Source: Eledone cirrhosa (taxonomy: Eukaryota). From it: 64,000 nt of DNA. The first letter of the stretch is position 1, and the number at the start of each line of letters is the position of its first letter. The DNA lies in contig OZ024742.1 of NCBI GenBank assembly GCA_964016885.1, positions 129,828,001 through 129,892,000 on the forward strand. The letters run 5' to 3'. The notes beneath the pieces are model-generated. The model did no database searches and was not told the origin of the DNA. It saw only the letters and a program-made list of their open reading frames with translations. Below are positions 10,458 through 23,889 of the stretch, piece after piece. The translations under genes were made by a program, and so were the position numbers.

Positions 10458-12829
10458 TTCAATTCAATTCAATTAAATTCAATACATTTGGCAGAAAATA
10501 AAACATAGATGCTTCAGATGCCATGTAAGGAGGGGAGAGGGGCAAAATTTACAGTCGGAAACACAGTGGTTCAACACCAGTCCAATTTCACCTTGAATTG
10601 TTGCATGGTTGGCGCGTTGACTACTTCTTCTGGAAGCCGATTCCAGGGTCAGGAGATGCGGATTGAGAAAGCAGCTTTCCTACTATTTAGGCGAAAGCGG
10701 CGATGAAACAGCTTTTTGTCATGTCCACGTAGACCCCTTTCAAGTGCCGGAGTGAATAGGAGATCTTGAGGGAGATCGTAATGGCCATTGAAGAGATTGT
10801 AAGTCAAAATGAGATCGCCTCTTAGCCATCGACACTCCAAGGAGAAGAGGTTCAGCTTCTGCAGCCGGCTTTTGTAGTGCAGCTCCTGAAGACCCTGTAC
10901 CATTCGAGTCGCTAGTCGTTGAACTCTCTCCAAGTGATGGATATCCCAGATGAGATATGGGTTTGATGCTTGGATGCCATATTCTAGGTGTGGTCTCATG
11001 AGGGCGACATAGAGAGGTCTGAAAATTTCTGGAGAGAGTTTGGCAAAAGAGCGTTGAATAAGAAAAAGAGAGCTCCTTGCCTTGTTTGTGGCTTGAAGGA
11101 CGAGTCGACCAGCAGACTAAGATATTTAGTCTCCTCAACCTCCTTCAAAGGAGCAGTGCCACCGTTGAAGGTAAGAGCTGAGTTATAAGGTGTACCCACT
11201 GCCATATGGCAACACTTATCGACATTGAGGTATAAATTCCAGTCAATGGACCAACTCCAGGCGCACTGAAGGCTAGACTTGAGATTGTTGATCTCGCTCC
11301 TACGGGCTACCATTTTCACATCATCTGCAAATAGGAGCACGCTTCCACCAATCACATCCGGCATGTCATTGATGTATAGAAGGAAGAGAATTGGGCCCAA
11401 CACAGAGCCCTGGGGAACGTCACCTCCTACATCCACCCCCGATGACAGACTGCCATTGATCCGAACTCTAAAAGTATGACCCTCCAGAAATGATCCAATC
11501 CACTTTATAATCTAGTCATGGAGACCTTAGTTGCTGAGCTTATACAGGAGCAGGCGGTGGTTGACAGAGTCAAAGGCTTTGGCGAAGTCGAGAAAGATAA
11601 TATTGGCTGCATCTCCATCGTCCATTATCCTCGTCACCCATTCTTCCATCACGAATAGGTTTGTGAGACAGGAAAGTTTCGGGATGAAACCGTGTTGAAA
11701 TGGAGAGATGGCAGTGAAAGACGCAAGATGAGCCATAATTTCCCACTTGATTAGATATTCCAAGGCCTTACAGACAATTGAGGTGAGGCTCACGGTTCTG
11801 TAGTTCCCCGGGTCTTCTTTGTTGCCTTTTTTAAAGATAGGGAAAATTGTAGCTACTTTCCAGTCAGCAGGAACAACTCCGGTAGCCAATGACAGGTTGA
11901 ATAGTGTGGCTAGAGGTTTAGCAAGGTTGGGTGCAACTGCACCCAAAATCGCTGGATGTAGACCGTCTGGACCATGCCCCTTATTCACATCTAAGGACAA
12001 AGCAACTTTTCCACCTCGTCCAGGCTGACAGTGGTTGGCTGCATGGTGGGGCGATCATGTTTAGATTTGGAGGTTCTCTGCCATCGTCCTCTTTGAAGAT
12101 ATTTGCGAAAACATCAGCAAAAAGAGAAGCTTGTTGGTCAGCGTATTCAATAACTGCACCTTTGGGGTTTCGAAGAGTGACAATTTGGTTATTCAGTTTT
12201 TGATTTCTCTGCACGTGAGTGTAAAAGCGCTTTGGATTACGACCGGCATCATTTGTAAGTTCCATTTCAAAAGTTTGCCTTCCAATTCTTGAAATATGCT
12301 CGACATGATTTCGCTGCTTTCTGTAGACGTCAAATGCCGCCGCAGACATGGTCTCTTGATAGTGTCCCCAAACAGCGTTTCTTAACTTCCGTTCGCGGAT
12401 AATTGTCTTTGTTATCCAGTGTTTGTGTTTCTTGCGTTTTGGCGTTCTCAGCGGCACTGCCATTTCTGTTAGCCCAAGTAAAATTTTCTTTATTTCTCGC
12501 CACAAAGTTTCAACAGACTGATTTTCAGTTAGGCTGCGCCAATTTATCTCGTCGGAGGCCATTTGGATAAGATCATGTTTCATAGCAGCAAATATTCTTC
12601 TCGGCTGATTCAAAACGGGAGGCGGGGCAAGCAAAGTATGCATGCTAAAGCTCAGTACTACATGATCGCTTTTCTCAAGTGGAGACAGAACTTGCAGAGA
12701 CGATATGGATCTAGGATAACAGGAGAAGATAAGGTCTAGTAATGACGGTCGTTGACCACTTCGAGCCCTCATCGGTTTTGTAACATGCTGGCAGATGAAA
12801 CATTCTTCCGTCGTATATATCTTCTTCAC
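10458..12829 (-). mobile_element. CR1-clade LINE, 5'-truncated and frameshifted (end of endonuclease plus RT)
   Basis: PSLLDLIFS, GPDGLHP, NYRTVSLTSIVCK, QHGF, DFAKAFDSVNH, VPQGSVLGPILFLLYIND, LFADDVK, RPHLEY, LFSLE.R.LRGDLI; (TTGAA)n tail at 10458-10484. Confidence 0.9.
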
Positions 12830-13250
12830 CCATTTATTTCTGAGAGGTCATGGAGGCAGAGTCCTCAAACACTCGTTCCAGCATATCCTATCAGAAGCAA
12901 TCATCTCCAACTAATCTGGCTGGATTCCCAAGTGAGACCAGCCAAGCTCAAAGATGTTATTCAACCATCTTACTCGGGGTGTACCCCTAGGTCTCCTGCT
13001 GGTTGGTTTTGCCCATAAACATAAAATCTGCCCAGCAATTCTTTCTTGAGACATTCTAACCACATGTCCATAGTATCGGAGCTGTGATCTTTCAATTCGG
13101 AGAAGTAGCGGTTTTACCTCGATTAACTCTCTGATCTCCAAGCTACACATTATCATGTAACATTACTCCAAAGACCCTTCGGAGGAACTCCATTTTGGCT
13201 ACTTGTATACGTGATTGTATTCTTTAAGTCATTACCTTAAATTCATAATC
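12830..13250 (-). mobile_element. Degraded RTE-like LINE 3' fragment
   Basis: QLRYYGHVVRM...RRPRGTPRVRW motif. Confidence 0.7.
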
Positions 13251-14170
13251 ATCTAACCCACAGGTTCTCAACCCATTTCCCTTGAAATCACGACCCCCCC
13301 CCCCTTATTTTCCATTTTTCAATATACTACTGATTTTTATATCAGTAGATTACTAAAAAAATTGATTAACAATATTCCAAAGATGTGTGTATTATCTGAT
13401 TATGTGTTATATGTGGTCCTAGATGTGTGTGCTGCTCGCTTCTGTTTTTTCTTTTCTTTTTTTTTTTATTTGTAATATTATTTATACAATAGGGAATAAA
13501 ATAGATCTACATAGTGTTAACTCGTTGCGGTTGAGTCAATAATTTCAGACATGAAATACATTGTTATCGGTGAAGGAAAAATAAGATTCTAACTGGCTGC
13601 ACTCAAAGTGTCTTTGACCCAGTTGACTGTGGGTTTTTCCATTTTTAGGATCTCAATTACCGGACATGCCTGCACACCTGCGGTCAGACTATAATTATGC
13701 TGTCTGCAAGCTCATTCAAATGCATTCACACTGGCTGTCTCAAAGACATACAAATATGGCTTATAAAACTTACCAAAATAAAGAGCCTTCCAGCGCCCCC
13801 CCCCCCCCCCCCCATGATGGATGAAAGTTGAGTCAAATTTTGTTGAATGAGGACTCACTGCATTAACTTTTAGTTATCTTTCAAAAACAACAACACAAAA
13901 GCCAATAAAAATGAATATGCAAAAAAAAATACAGGTTTCACAAATGTTATCTTTAGTAAGTCAAGTCAAATTTTGTTGAATAATGACTTATTGCATTAAA
14001 TAGGGAGACTCAAATGAGGCTTTGTTTAGAAACAGCAAGCGAATTTGAAAATTAGGTAGTAACATGTGCCTATGCCGTATTTGACTCAATAGAATTAGTC
14101 TGTTAGTTGGGATTTTAAGGAACCCTCTGAATGGGAAAAGGGATGAGTATTGACGTACATGGGACACGAA

Positions 14171-17100
14171 CAGTGGCGTAACTAGCTTTTAAAGCCGGGA
14201 GGGGGGGGGATTCGATCTAAAGGGGGCCCACCAATTCCATACGCTCATTTCCATTGGCTGCAAGGAAATATGTTCATACACGCATATAGAATAGATAATA
14301 ATTTATAATAGAGTAGACAGCATCATAGATTACAGAGTTAGCATGTTCCGTGAAAACTTTAACTGCGAAGACGGTGGTCTATCTTCAGAAAAAAAAAACA
14401 TCCAATAAAACTAGTTTTGCAATCGATTATTCACCAACAAAAATTCGTATGTACAACAAATCGTCCATCTAAAACTTTACTTTCACATTCGAGCACATCA
14501 CTTGTTCTACAATTCTAATTTGCGATGTTTTACTTTAGAAAATGTTTCACTCACGATGCTGAAGTCAATTTTTTCAGCCAGTTCTCGCTCTATGTACATC
14601 ATTGCCAGAGCATTCAACCGCTCTTCACTCATGGTACTATGCAAATAATTCTTTATCAGTTTCAGCCTGCTGAAGGTTCGCTCAGCCTGCGCCGAGCTAA
14701 CCGGAATAGTTATGAACATTTTGTATAAGGCAAACACGTTCGGATAGGCTCTATCTAAGTCATTAGAAATCATAAACGGAACGATCTCAGAACTCGATAT
14801 GGATTTATCTAAACACACTTCCTTGTAAAAATCTTTGAATGATAAATACTCGTCGAAGATAGTGTCATTTTCGATGTCACCCTCTTAGAATTTCACAAGA
14901 TTATCGATTCTCTCCCTATTGCATGTGTCGTCGTCGTCGAAGTGCGCCGGTATCAAGCACGAAAAATCCTTCACTAGATAGTGCAAGTCGGTAAAACGCT
15001 CGTTAAAGCTACTAATGATTCTATCTAAGATAGTGAAATAAACGTCCCGTTTAAAATGCTGACTCATCGTCTCATGAGGTTCGTCATGAAAACGTTTCTT
15101 TTTTCTTTTCCGTTTTTCTGTTGTAAACTCTGGTTCAACTTGACATTGCTCGGCGAGATTTTTAGCGTCTGATAATGTTCGGTCAAAATATTCATTTGAG
15201 CAGATGTCTTCAATTTCTTTTACTACACTTTTAATCATGACGTCCGCTGAATATAAGTCGATAGCCTCCTTCTGCAAATATTGTGAAACAGAATGCAGCT
15301 TTTTAAGTAAATTCTGAAAAAACTTCAACATGAAAATGAATTCAAACTTGCTCACATTTAGTAGCAAACCTCTGGCCTCGGCTAATACTTTCGGAGCAGT
15401 GTTGTGAACATCCCCACTTATTATCCTCTCTAGTGCACTTATTACTGCCGGTAAGTTATTAATGGTAGCCTCTACAGCCTGAATGTGACTAAACCAGCGC
15501 GTATCTGAGATTCTTTTTAATGTTAATACCGTTGAAGTCAATAGTTTTTCTTGCTCTTCTTCGAGGATTTTCAGCCTTGGCAAGCTTGATGTTAAGAAAA
15601 GATACAGGCTCTCCAATATACCAAAAAATAATTTACCATCCACTGACGATTGGCTAGCATCGATTAACACCAGGTTCAGGTTATGAGCGCAACAATGGAC
15701 GTAAACAGCTTTCGAAGAGCATCCCTCTTTAACTCTAGCCTGAAGCCCAGAAATATGGCCGGACATATTCGACGCTCCGTCGTAAGCTTGTCCCATAATA
15801 TATTGAGCATCCAAGGATAGATCCTGGAAAAGAACCTTCACAAGCGTATCGTAAAATGATTCAGTGGCTGCTGATTCCAGTTCACAAAACGACAGGAAAT
15901 GCTCCTGTGCGTGTCCACTTTTCGATACATATCGCAGTGACACAGAGCATTGATCCTGATGCGAAATGTCTATTGTGGAATCGACGATGACTGAATAGTA
16001 TTTTGCCGCTTTAACTTCCGTGATTATTTGTTGAGTACATTCGTTTGCCAGGCATTCTATGAATTCGTTTTGTAATTTTGGACTTAAGTACATAGGCTGT
16101 CTTTTAGTGCGCCCAGGAGAGAATAAATGGCTTTCCAAGATCGTATCATACTTGGCCATCAATTTCAACAATTCAATAAAGTTTCCTTCATTTTCTGATT
16201 TGGCGCCAAGTCCAACATATTCCCTGTGACCTCTGAAGGCCAGGCCTTGTTTTGTGAGAAATAACGTATAATCAAGCAATCGCCTCAATATCTGGCGATT
16301 TCGTTCAATTCGCTTCTTCTCTTCATGGATGAGGTTATCGATCACTGTTTTATCTGCGTCCAAACGATATTTTGTCATGAAGCTTTTGTGCATTGATGTG
16401 AATGGCACTTTTCTCATGCGTAGCAATTTTTTCGATTCCCTTTTTGAAGTTTGCCATCCCATACTCTGGATTACCCAAGTCTTCGAGTAAGATTCGGCAT
16501 TTTTATCAGCAAACAGCCAACAACAAAAGCAATATAGTCTGTTGGATTCAGGAGAGTATACTAACCAGTGTCGGTCAACTTTATGGATTCCAGCACACTT
16601 TCTCTTGTACCAACTGATGTTGAATTTTCTGTGGTTCGAGTCGAGAGGGAAATCAGCAAAATTATCTTTCAATCCTGGTTGACAAGGACCAACGGCCATG
16701 AGGGCGCGAATTAGAGGTGTCGTCAATGGTCTGTCCTCGAAATGTTTCGGGTCGCTTGGATACTTCTCTTGTAAATTCAACATGCATTCTACTGGCTCAT
16801 ACTCTGGGATTTGTTTTGCCAATGTAGTTTCCTCTGAATCATTTTCAGATTCCGATACAGCCATTTCCCCCTCTATTGAGTTCGGATCCCCAGTTGGAAC
16901 TATATCTTCAGTGACTACGACGGTTGTTGAGATAGTCGATGGACCTGAGGCATCTTCGACGTCAGGTTCTCGCGACTCTCCAATGCTTCTCTGTTTCTCC
17001 AGTTCATCTGACCAGACCGACTCGCCGGAAATTCCGGCAGTTACGTTGCTTTGGTATGCATTACTACTTGTTGACGAAGACTGTTGACTTTTCAGAAAAC

Positions 17101-17400
17101 TTGTGATTAGATGACATTTCTTTGCAGATTCTTCCGTGGCAGCTTGTCTAGCTTCTCTCCTCTTTGTTGCTCCAGTTTTGTAAGTTTTTTTAGGCAGCAT
17201 TGTTAATGAGCACTATATTGACACTGTTTTTCAGTGGCTTTGTCTTTAAAAAAATTCTTCCCTTTTCCTTTTTCTTTTTTTTTTTCTATAAGTCTTTAAG
17301 TGCCGAAATAGCTTGTGATTAGAAAGCCACTTCACTTACCGCATTTCTCTGGTCCTGGCAACAAAACATAGAGCAAAAGTCCAGGAAATGTCGCAAATAC
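14171..17400 (-). mobile_element. hAT transposon (ZMYM1-like/DUF4371 type); one terminus visible
   Basis: Terminus CAGTGGCGTAACTAG at 14171; transposase ORFs below; the opposite TIR was not found. Confidence 0.8.
14507..17200 (-). pseudogene. hAT transposase (TTF-type Zn finger, DUF4371, DDE, C-terminal dimerisation domain), disrupted
   Basis: WLVYS....LYCFCC, GLAFRGHRE, NEGNFIELL, YLSPKLQNEFI, DSTIDISH, GQAYDGASNMSG, VHCCAHNLNL, SDTRW, IPVSSAQAERTFSRLKLIKNYL; stop at 14885 and a local frameshifted segment. Confidence 0.88.
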
Positions 17401-17619
17401 CAAATTGTTCTAAAATGTGACTAATGATAAAAAGTAACAACATAAATAAAAATATTATATATATATTTTTTCTATATATACACACAATATATAGATATAT
17501 ATATTTGTGTGTATATACTCATGCACAATTATACTTTTAATTAAATATTAGGTTAAAAACCTGAGTATCGAGAATAACATAAGCATGTATTACAACATTT
17601 CAAACAAATAGAATAATAT

Positions 17620-17890
17620 AGAATTTAGATATCAAATCATTTATTTATATTTACAAATCAAAGAATATAATAATCGGTTTTTAATGAGATCCCTGTGATT
17701 GATGCAAGGCTACTAATTTGTCAGTGTTTGGTGTGAAAGCCGTTAGAGAGAGTTGTAAATCACCTCTTCTTTCTATATCAAGGCGATTTTGACTTTTTGA
17801 AAGCAGATGCATCACCTGACTGAAACCTGACTCAACTAAATAAGATGTGGGGAAAGCAAGTAAAATAAATTTAACGTTTTTATTCAACGG
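17620..17890 (-). mobile_element. hAT Charlie/Buster-type transposase C-terminal fragment
   Basis: LLAFPTSYLVESGFSQV...NRLDI...GDL.LSLT...Q.QGSH. Confidence 0.75.
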
Positions 17891-20271
17891 AATATTGTCT
17901 ACACATTTTTTTAGATGCAGTTGCCATTTTATCCGAAATATTATATTTTTTAAATAAACAAGAGATTGGTCTTAACTTCTAGTCTTATTAGAGATTAAGC
18001 GTTTTCTTTACGTTGTTGTAGTTAAGGATTCGTAATTACATGTGTAATAAGTTATGTGTTTAGAATTATAGCCTAGGGGGCCCACCTAGACCGACAGGAG
18101 AGCCAGGGGTCGCGGCCGCCTTTGTTTACAACTTTCAGTTATTTTTCGGAAACAGCAACCAAAAGCTAAAGGGTCAGTTAAATTGTCTTTGAATGAGGAT
18201 TTACTGCATTAACTTTCAGTTATATTTCAGAAACAACACAAAAGCTAACAAATTAATAGGCTAAAAAATATTACTGGTTTCACAAATGTTATTTTTAGTA
18301 GTGTTTTCATAAATCAAAACATGTGTCACTTACTTTCTCTCCTCGTTAACTTGCTTAATTCCATCTTTTGCTTTCGGAGCTATATACGATAATTGTTTTT
18401 ACTTTTGGCACAAGGCCAGCAATTAACCCAGTGTATTACTGGTACTTTATTTTATTGACCCCGTAAGGATGAAAAGCAAAGTTAACCTGTGTGGCTAAGT
18501 TTACCTGCCGCAATTTTCAATTTGTCAAGCTAGCTAAACGTATGTTATTACTCTAAGACCTGCAACCTTATTGAGTGCTTTGCTGCTCAATTGTAGGTCG
18601 TTAGCCTGGCCACAGCCAAAGCTTCGATTTTATTAAGCTTCCACTTGTATATATATACTCAGACTAAATATGAAGTAGTTATAACCACATGTGGTGTTGC
18701 CGATAGAGGAGAGGATGGCTAATATGTTGATCGAACATAGGAGAGAGAGAGAGGGGCGTCTGAACTCGTTGATTGGATGTTTGAACGTATATCGATAACT
18801 TTCTTCGTTATATTTTTCTCTGTTTCTTTCTCTCCATGACTATCAACGTTATTTTCCCCAAATTCAGTCAAACAAACATATAAACAAAGGAAGATGAATC
18901 CAAGTTTGAGGAAAACCTATAACCGAGTCTAAGGAACTCACATGCTACGTTTGAATATGATTGGTCCTCTGGTTTTTAAGTGCATTGGAGACAAACAAAC
19001 GACCAATTTTATAGTGCTGTATGTACACACATACACAGGATCTAACTGATTATTTTAACGTGCTGTTGACTCAGATCTAAAATCTAAATCAAATTTTGTG
19101 CAGTAAATTGAGATTTTGTGTCAAATACTACATACGCTTAAATGGTAAATTGTGGCAAAAAAATATATATATTTAAAACAATTTATAAAATATATAGTGG
19201 ATTTTTTCGTAGAGGTAGTTGCAAGCCATTCAAAATAGTGTTATGTAAGTAAGAAAAAGAGATGAATGAGACTAGATTGTAAGAGAACTAGCTGTACTTG
19301 TATTATGCTATCTTCAACCGCAGCAACTCAACAAAATTCATTATTTATAAGTAAAAAAAAAAAAAAAAACAACATATTGCTTGAGATTCACCAAAGCATT
19401 TTAGAGAACGTTGATAAAATAGCAATTACAAATACTTTTCAGACACAGAGAATATCAAACACTGGGTTAAGGCACCTGCTTCAAAGATTTGTGCAGCTCT
19501 AAATCCACTTATTTCGTAAAATATGAAGCCTGCGTGCCAACTATAGAGAAAACTATATTATAGGACATGAATTAAGAACTACGTTCGCGTCAAGTTATAT
19601 CTTTCTGTTCGGGCAATTTTATTTTACTAAGATTTCTTACGAAGACATAAATGTCACAACTCATTTCATCTATTTCCAAAGTACAGAAAGTTTTTGCAGC
19701 TGGTCAGAAGTAACCAATTATTATAGAAGGGCATAGTTTAGAAATACTGTTGACTTTTAGACTGAGAATAAGCTAGAAACTAACGAGAAAGATGGAGTAA
19801 AAAAAGGGGGGAAAAACGAACGCGTGCGAAAACTACGAAAGAATTTTAGTCATCCGGAATGGACATTCATTTGAAAGAGGAATAATATATAAATTAGAAA
19901 GAAAAAAGAAAAATGCAAAAGCTTTACGTTTATATCATACCTTATGTCAAATCGATATCCAAGAAAATAGAACATTCAAAATATAGCGAAGTTAAACATC
20001 ACGTAGACAGGAAAACAACAACAAAGAAATAGTTGCGTAAGATAGAGAAATTAGATAAAGTGGGGGCAATTTACTGTATGTCATGTACGAAACTGTGATT
20101 TCATACGTTCTAGGAAACAGATATATGAGAGGAGGGGAGGAGGATGTCTGGATGATACGGCTCGTGAGTATAATATACAAAGAAATTGTAGAGAAGTAAT
20201 CAATTAAGGATAAGATATTTACTATGGCTACTGCTACTACTAAGAAATAGTACACACACATATATATGAGT

Positions 20272-20550
20272 GTGAAATAAAGTGTCTTGCCCAAGGACAT
20301 AACGCATCGATTCCTGAACCGAGTGATGCGTTATGTCCTTGGGCAAGACACTTTATTTCCCGTTGCTCCTTCTACTTGGAGTTGCGACCGATAGAAAGTA
20401 TTAGCAATTGGAAAGACCAATGGAAACATAGTTTCCTCGTCCTCGGTCTGATTTGACGGAAGTCGATCGACTGTTGATATATATATATATATACACACAT
20501 CAACAGTCGATCGACTTTCGTCAAATCAGACCGAGGAAACAATGTTTCCC
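20272..20550 (+). mobile_element. SINE family C, 5'-truncated, with inverted duplications at both ends
   Basis: Homologous to 46066-46280; inverted pairs ~20274-20309 / 20325-20359 and ~20441-20478 / 20498-20535. Confidence 0.8.
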
Positions 20551-20648
20551 ACATCTTACGTTAACTATTTTTCCATTTTGACGTTATAGTCACTTATATA
20601 TTATGAAATACTGTTGGCTTCACGCTCACAATAATTTCTATACTTTTC

Positions 20649-20710
<62 letters not shown>

Positions 20711-20716
<6 letters not shown>

Positions 20717-22260
20717 ATACTTGGGGAGGGTCATATTGTTGTAATAATATTCCTTTGGCAATCAATGTTTATCATTGACTGACCAACGGTTAAAAATACA
20801 GATATAAATATATAGTCTATCAAAGTTCTTTCGTTGCACATCTGCAACATCATCAGTGGTACTATTATGTTTCCTCCTATTGTATTGTACTGTAATGTTT
20901 ACGCCATTTTTATTTTATTTATTTATTCTTGTCTCCGTCCCTGCGTTTGCGTGTGTGTATAATGTTTGGTGTGTGTGTGTGTTTATGTTTTCGCGTTTGA
21001 GTGTGTGTTTATGTTTTTGTATTCTATCTTTGTTTACTAGTGTGTGTTTATATGAGTTTGTTGTTATTGTACTTGTGTATATATATTTATTTATTTATAT
21101 TTCCCTTAAGTCAGTATTGTTTGTTTGGGTATGGTTGTTGTTGTTATTCCATTCATTTTTTTCTGTTTAATTTCGGTTTTCTAAGCTCTAACTCAGTTGC
21201 TTCTCTGATTTGCTGTTGAGTCATTTCTATGTTTAGATATTATTTTAATTTCTATGTTGTCTACATTACCGTCATGTCTTTGTCTGGTATGTTCGTATAG
21301 TACTGAACCATTTTTTTTTTTGTCCTTTTAGTCCCCCCCCCCCCCCTCCCAGTGTTGGTCTATTCTTTCTCCTATGCTTCAAGCTGTCTCAACTATGTAT
21401 GTTGTTGTCATGTTTCTGCAAGTAACCTCTGTACATCTTATGCTATAGACTACATTTCTAATTTTACAGTTTATCTGGGGGTTCATTTTACATATAACAT
21501 ATTTCTTATTAGTACAGTGGGTTTTCTTAAAGGGGCATGTTTTGCTGATCAGGGATTTTATGGTAGTTCCTGGCTTTTCTACCACTTTAATCTTTAAGTG
21601 GGTCTTTCTTAGGGCCTTTCTACATTGGTTAGCTAATTTCCCCCCAGGAGTAGCATCCACGAACATGACACTCTGGTTGTCATACCATGAAGTGGCTTTC
21701 CCTATCTTATGTTTAATCTTATCTCAGCTATTCCATGATTTGCTCCTGTATAATGGGCAAATTCCTTTCATGTCCATTTCTATGAGGGTCTTATACTTCT
21801 CCGTGGCTCCTTTGTATACTCTGATTCTGTCTCTTTGGTTGTAGCCAGAGAACTGCATGCAGTTGATGAAGTGTTGGATGTGTCTCTCCATTTCATTTGG
21901 GTCGCACATGCGGGACACATTCGTCATCACTCGTACCAGGTCTGCGATCAGAATATTAAACTTAGCACTTTTGGACATTGCAGAGTTTTTGAGTATCAGG
22001 TATTTGGAGGCCATGGGTTTAGCATAGTGTGAGTGGAGAATTTGGGCCCTCTCGTCGATAGTGTTAATCCAGAGTTCTGTGATAAACATTGATTGCCAAA
22101 TGAATTAACTATGGAGATATAAAAGATACAGAAGCGAAAACCAACCAAACAGTGAGTGTATTCTGTTATTATTTCTGGCAATATTATTACAACAATATGA
22201 CCCTCCCCAAGTATAACAATATTCGTTTCCACACACGATTTCATATCAAAAACCTTACAA

Positions 22261-22262
<2 letters not shown>
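20711..22262 (-). mobile_element. Penelope-like element (Neptune-type), 5'-truncated with an inverted pLTR
   Basis: ORF remnants: HYAKPMASKYLI..SAM..K (RT thumb), MFVDATPGGKLA..IKVVEKPG, Cys-rich linker and NVVYSIRC...YIVET (GIY-YIG); inverted repeats 20711-20773 / 22080-22220; (TA)n on both sides. Confidence 0.85.
20817..20862 (-). ncRNA. Minimal hammerhead ribozyme in the Neptune pLTR (slightly degenerate)
   Basis: TACCA-CTGATGA-t-GTTGCA-gatg-TGCAAC-GAAAG-aa-CTT/TGATA. Confidence 0.65.
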
Positions 22263-22309
<47 letters not shown>

Positions 22310-22313
<4 letters not shown>

Positions 22314-22789
22314 GGTCAACAAAATTTTGCTTTTTTTTCTGCTGACCTACGTTTCAAACCTTTTCTTGTGTAATTTGGGGCCCCTGAGTTTAAAAATGAC
22401 AATAATTTTTTTCTATCACGTTAAGTTTTTTCTCTATGGGCTGGTCCATATAGCTCCCACCCATAGATGCAAGAGATAGCACACTGGTGAACAAAATTTC
22501 TTTTTTTTTCTGCTGAAGAAAGTTTGAACCTGTTCTTGAGTAATATGGGGCTGGTGAGTTTAAAAATGACAATTTTTTTTTTCTATCATGTCAACTTTTC
22601 ACTTGGTCAACAAGGAAGGTATACAAAATATCTGTGTTTCCTGTGTTTATGGGATAGTCGAGTGAAAGATAAACATGAAAACCTGGTGTATTGGGGGAAA
22701 TTGGATGCCATATTTGAAATCAGCACCTCAAAACTAGCTAACAACAACAACAACAAAACCTAAGTCAGTAAAAAGTGTGTTGATCAGTG
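22310..22789 (+). mobile_element. Chapaev3-derived non-autonomous element with a duplicated left end
   Basis: CATTGGTCAACA (22310) and CACTGGTGAACA (~22482) left ends, right end TGTTGATCAGTG-TAA; internal GQQGRYTKYLCFLCLWDSR transposase motif. Confidence 0.75.
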
Positions 22790-22807
22790 TAATATAATAT
22801 ATATATA

Positions 22808-23889
22808 TTGAAATATGTATAATAAAATAAATATGGTTTTATAAATATAGTTTCCATTTATTAATATATTGTGTATTTATTCCACTCACTATTGAGTGCT
22901 TTATATCAGTTATAAAAAAAAATGTTTAAGCTTGTTGAATCCCAACAAATTAAATATAACCTCTGCATATATTTTGCTCCTTTATTGTTGAGCGCTTTAA
23001 ATTATAACTGATTAAAAATGGAATTCTTTAACATCTCTTCTTCTCTAAATTTAGAATTTAGAATTATTTGGATGTTTAAATTTTTGACTTACAACTTTTA
23101 ATAAAATAAACTATACTAGATTTGCTCTAATGTAAAATACTATATATTTATTTAAATAATTTATAATCCTTAACATACACATTTAAACTAATTATTAATA
23201 TTAAATTATTAAATTAAATCTTTAATATTAAGGTAAATTGTAATCTTTAATTTTGATTTCTAATTTTTTAATTTTAATTTAATTTTAATTTAATTTTAAT
23301 TTAATTTTAATTTAATTTTTCAACCTATCATTATAAATATTATAATCAAAACGTAATGAATCCTGCATTATAAATATTATTCTTCCACGTTATTCTCATT
23401 TCTTCTCTCACTTAGATATACTTACGCTGTGTATATTTATCCTTTGAAACTCATCTCTTCATGCACTCTATTTTCACTGTCAATATATATAATCGTTCTT
23501 TCTTTCCTCTTCTATCTCTCTCCTTTCTTTTTTCTTTTTTTCTTTTTTTTTCTTTTTTTCTTTTTTTTCTTTTTTCTCTCTCCCTTACATATCACCTTCT
23601 TCTAACAGTTTAATTTAAATAAACCGTTATCTTTTCAACCTTTCGGACACTCATTTGCATACTCACTCATAATTTTGTATCACCCTCAATAAATGTAATA
23701 TCTCCACTATCCAGGAAGCTCCAACTGTTAAGGTTATCTTTTTTTTCGGGTATGTCAATATTTATTTATTTATAAAATAAATCTGTATTTAATCTGATGA
23801 AAGCGCACCATGATTTGCCTTGGTTGCCCTTGAAATATGTATAATAAAATAAATATGGTTTTATAAATATAGTTTCCATTTATTAATAT

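Noticed and set aside
14885-17200. Domesticated ZMYM1-like host gene
   Set aside because: It has an internal frameshifted segment, a stop before the dimerisation domain and a transposon terminus nearby
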